A stretch of DNA of 64,000 nucleotides, taken from positions 26,822 through 90,821 of the forward strand of contig CAZAQN010000012.1 of assembly GCA_964487345.1 (NCBI GenBank). The letters run 5' to 3'. A program made the translations under genes and the position numbers. Source of the stretch: an uncultured Terracidiphilus sp. GTDB taxonomy: Bacteria; Acidobacteriota; Terriglobia; Terriglobales; Acidobacteriaceae. The notes beneath the pieces are model-generated. The model was given only the letters and a program-made list of their open reading frames with translations, had not been told where the DNA came from and did no database searches. The first letter of the stretch is position 1, and every line of letters starts with the position of its first letter. Shown here in pieces: positions 62,809 to 64,000 of the stretch.

Positions 62809-63669
62809 ATGCCCGGCAATCGCTTCAACGCGCATTCGAATCACGGCATCGGCATCGGCCTGCGCATTCCGCATTACCAGCACATCTTCTCGCGCCAGCC
62901 TATCGTCGATTGGTTCGAGATCATCTCTGAGAATTTCATGGTCGACGCAGGCCGCCCCCTCGCGGTCCTCGATCAGATTCTGGAGCAGTATCGCGTCGTT
63001 CAGCATGGGGTTTCCATGTACTTCGGCTCGGTGACCGCGCCCGATCCCGAACACCTCCGCCGATTGAAACAGCTCGTCCGCCGGACAAACACACCGTGGC
63101 TGAGCGACCATCTCTGCTGGGGTTCGGTTGACGGAACCTACACGCATGACTTGCTCCCGCTGCCTTACACGTGGGAGGCCGTGGAACGCACCGTGGAGCG
63201 TGTTCGTCACGTGCAGGATTACCTGGAGATCCCCGTTGCCGTCGAGAATGTCAGCTCCTACGCGGCATTCACTGGCTCGCAGATGACCGAATGGGAGTTC
63301 CTGAATGAAGTCGTCGAACGCGCCGACTGCGGCATTCTTCTGGATGTGAACAACATCTATGTCTCGTCCGTGAATCACGAGTTCAATCCGATCGACTACG
63401 TGAATGCCGTCCCCGCGCATCGCGTCGCGCAGATTCATATCGCTGGCCATTCGCGCTACGAGAAGTACATCCTCGACACGCACGACCATCCCGTCATCGA
63501 CCCGGTGTGGCAGTTGTATGAAAGAGCAATCGCCCGCTGCGGTCCAACGCCGACGCTGCTGGAGTGGGACGATCACATTCCTAGCTTTGATGAGGTGCAC
63601 GCCGAAGCAAAAAAGGCCGAGCGCTATCTCCTCGCTCACTCTGGAGAACTAGCGGAGGTAGCGAAATGA
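62809..63669 (+). CDS. DUF692 family multinuclear non-heme iron oxidase (MNIO; MbnB/BufB/HvfB-like)
   Basis: TIM-barrel DUF692 pattern: IGIGLRIPHY...WFEIISENF...HGVSMYFGS...WLSDHLCW...VENVSSY...LLDVNNIYVS...IHIAGH...DTHDHPV...TLLEWD. Confidence 0.92.
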   Translation: MPGNRFNAHSNHGIGIGLRIPHYQHIFSRQPIVDWFEIISENFMVDAGRPLAVLDQILEQYRVVQHGVSMYFGSVTAPDPEHLRRLKQLVRRTNTPWLSDHLCWGSVDGTYTHDLLPLPYTWEAVERTVERVRHVQDYLEIPVAVENVSSYAAFTGSQMTEWEFLNEVVERADCGILLDVNNIYVSSVNHEFNPIDYVNAVPAHRVAQIHIAGHSRYEKYILDTHDHPVIDPVWQLYERAIARCGPTPTLLEWDDHIPSFDEVHAEAKKAERYLLAHSGELAEVAK

Positions 63670-64000
63670 CCGCGCCAACAATGTCTCTCGCCGAACTCCA
63701 GCGCGAGATGGCAAAAGCTGTGATGCAGCCGCTCACAGCCACCGAAGACATGCATGCAGTCTCGGCCGACGGCCGCGACATGAACGCCGTTGCCGCGTCG
63801 TTCATCGCCCCCAACAGCAAGCTCAACGCCTTCGAGCGGCTCGAGATTTATAACCGTCAGTACTGGTATCGTTTGCTTGGCGCGTTGGCTGAGGATTTCC
63901 CCGCACTTCGAGCGGTGGTCGGGGCGCGTGCCTTTGAAGCGCTCTCCATCGCCTATCTCACTGCGCATCCCAGCCGCTCCTTCACATTGCGCAATCTCGG
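63666..64000 (+). CDS. DUF2063 family protein (MNIO partner, MbnC/BufC/HvfC-like), 3' end outside window
   Basis: Manual translation gives MTAPTMSLAELQREMAKAVMQP...KLNAFERLEIYNRQYWYRLLGALAEDFPALRAVVG... Its ATG overlaps the DUF692 stop (ATGA). Open to the end of the window, so it is absent from the ORF track. Confidence 0.85.
   Translation, partial: MTAPTMSLAELQREMAKAVMQPLTATEDMHAVSADGRDMNAVAASFIAPNSKLNAFERLEIYNRQYWYRLLGALAEDFPALRAVVGARAFEALSIAYLTAHPSRSFTLRNL

Overview
Gene-dense, high-GC bacterial chromosomal segment with about 62 protein-coding genes on both strands. The gene content (many Tat-signal Gfo/Idh/MocA oxidoreductases, Sel1/TPR proteins, LytTR systems) suggests an Acidobacteriota-like soil bacterium, but that is inference only. 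I recognised no rRNA, tRNA, CRISPR array, transposase or prophage. All product calls rest on motifs read in the supplied translations; no database search was possible. Starts were re-picked where an RBS, a 4-nt ATGA/GTGA overlap or a neighbouring gene made the longest ORF implausible. Core genes present: dnaE, dnaX-ybaB-(MBL)-recR, lutABC, kdpFABC with kdpE and a truncated kdpD-like kinase, lpxD, yebC, mazG, two tandem prepilin peptidases, and a parDE toxin-antitoxin pair. The most interesting locus is at the right edge (60.5-64.0 kb). It holds an ECF sigma factor, an RsrA-like zinc anti-sigma factor, a 99-aa Sec-exported precursor with six Cys arranged as (CKGxxxCKGxGGC)x2, a DUF692 (MNIO) enzyme and a DUF2063 partner. 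This is the signature of a bufferin/HvfA/methanobactin-type Cys-modifying RiPP metallophore system. The window ends inside DUF2063. Other observations: a perfect 37-nt tandem duplication creating a uORF; a second mini-ORF ahead of kdpF; GGAAYAG heptamer arrays at two loci; a nucleotidyltransferase with an acidic-then-histone-H1-like tail; a SET-domain protein with a basic tail; a prepilin peptidase paralog with catalytic Asp replaced by Glu; and a Sel1/LytS/LytTR module flanked by an inverted LytTR paralog.
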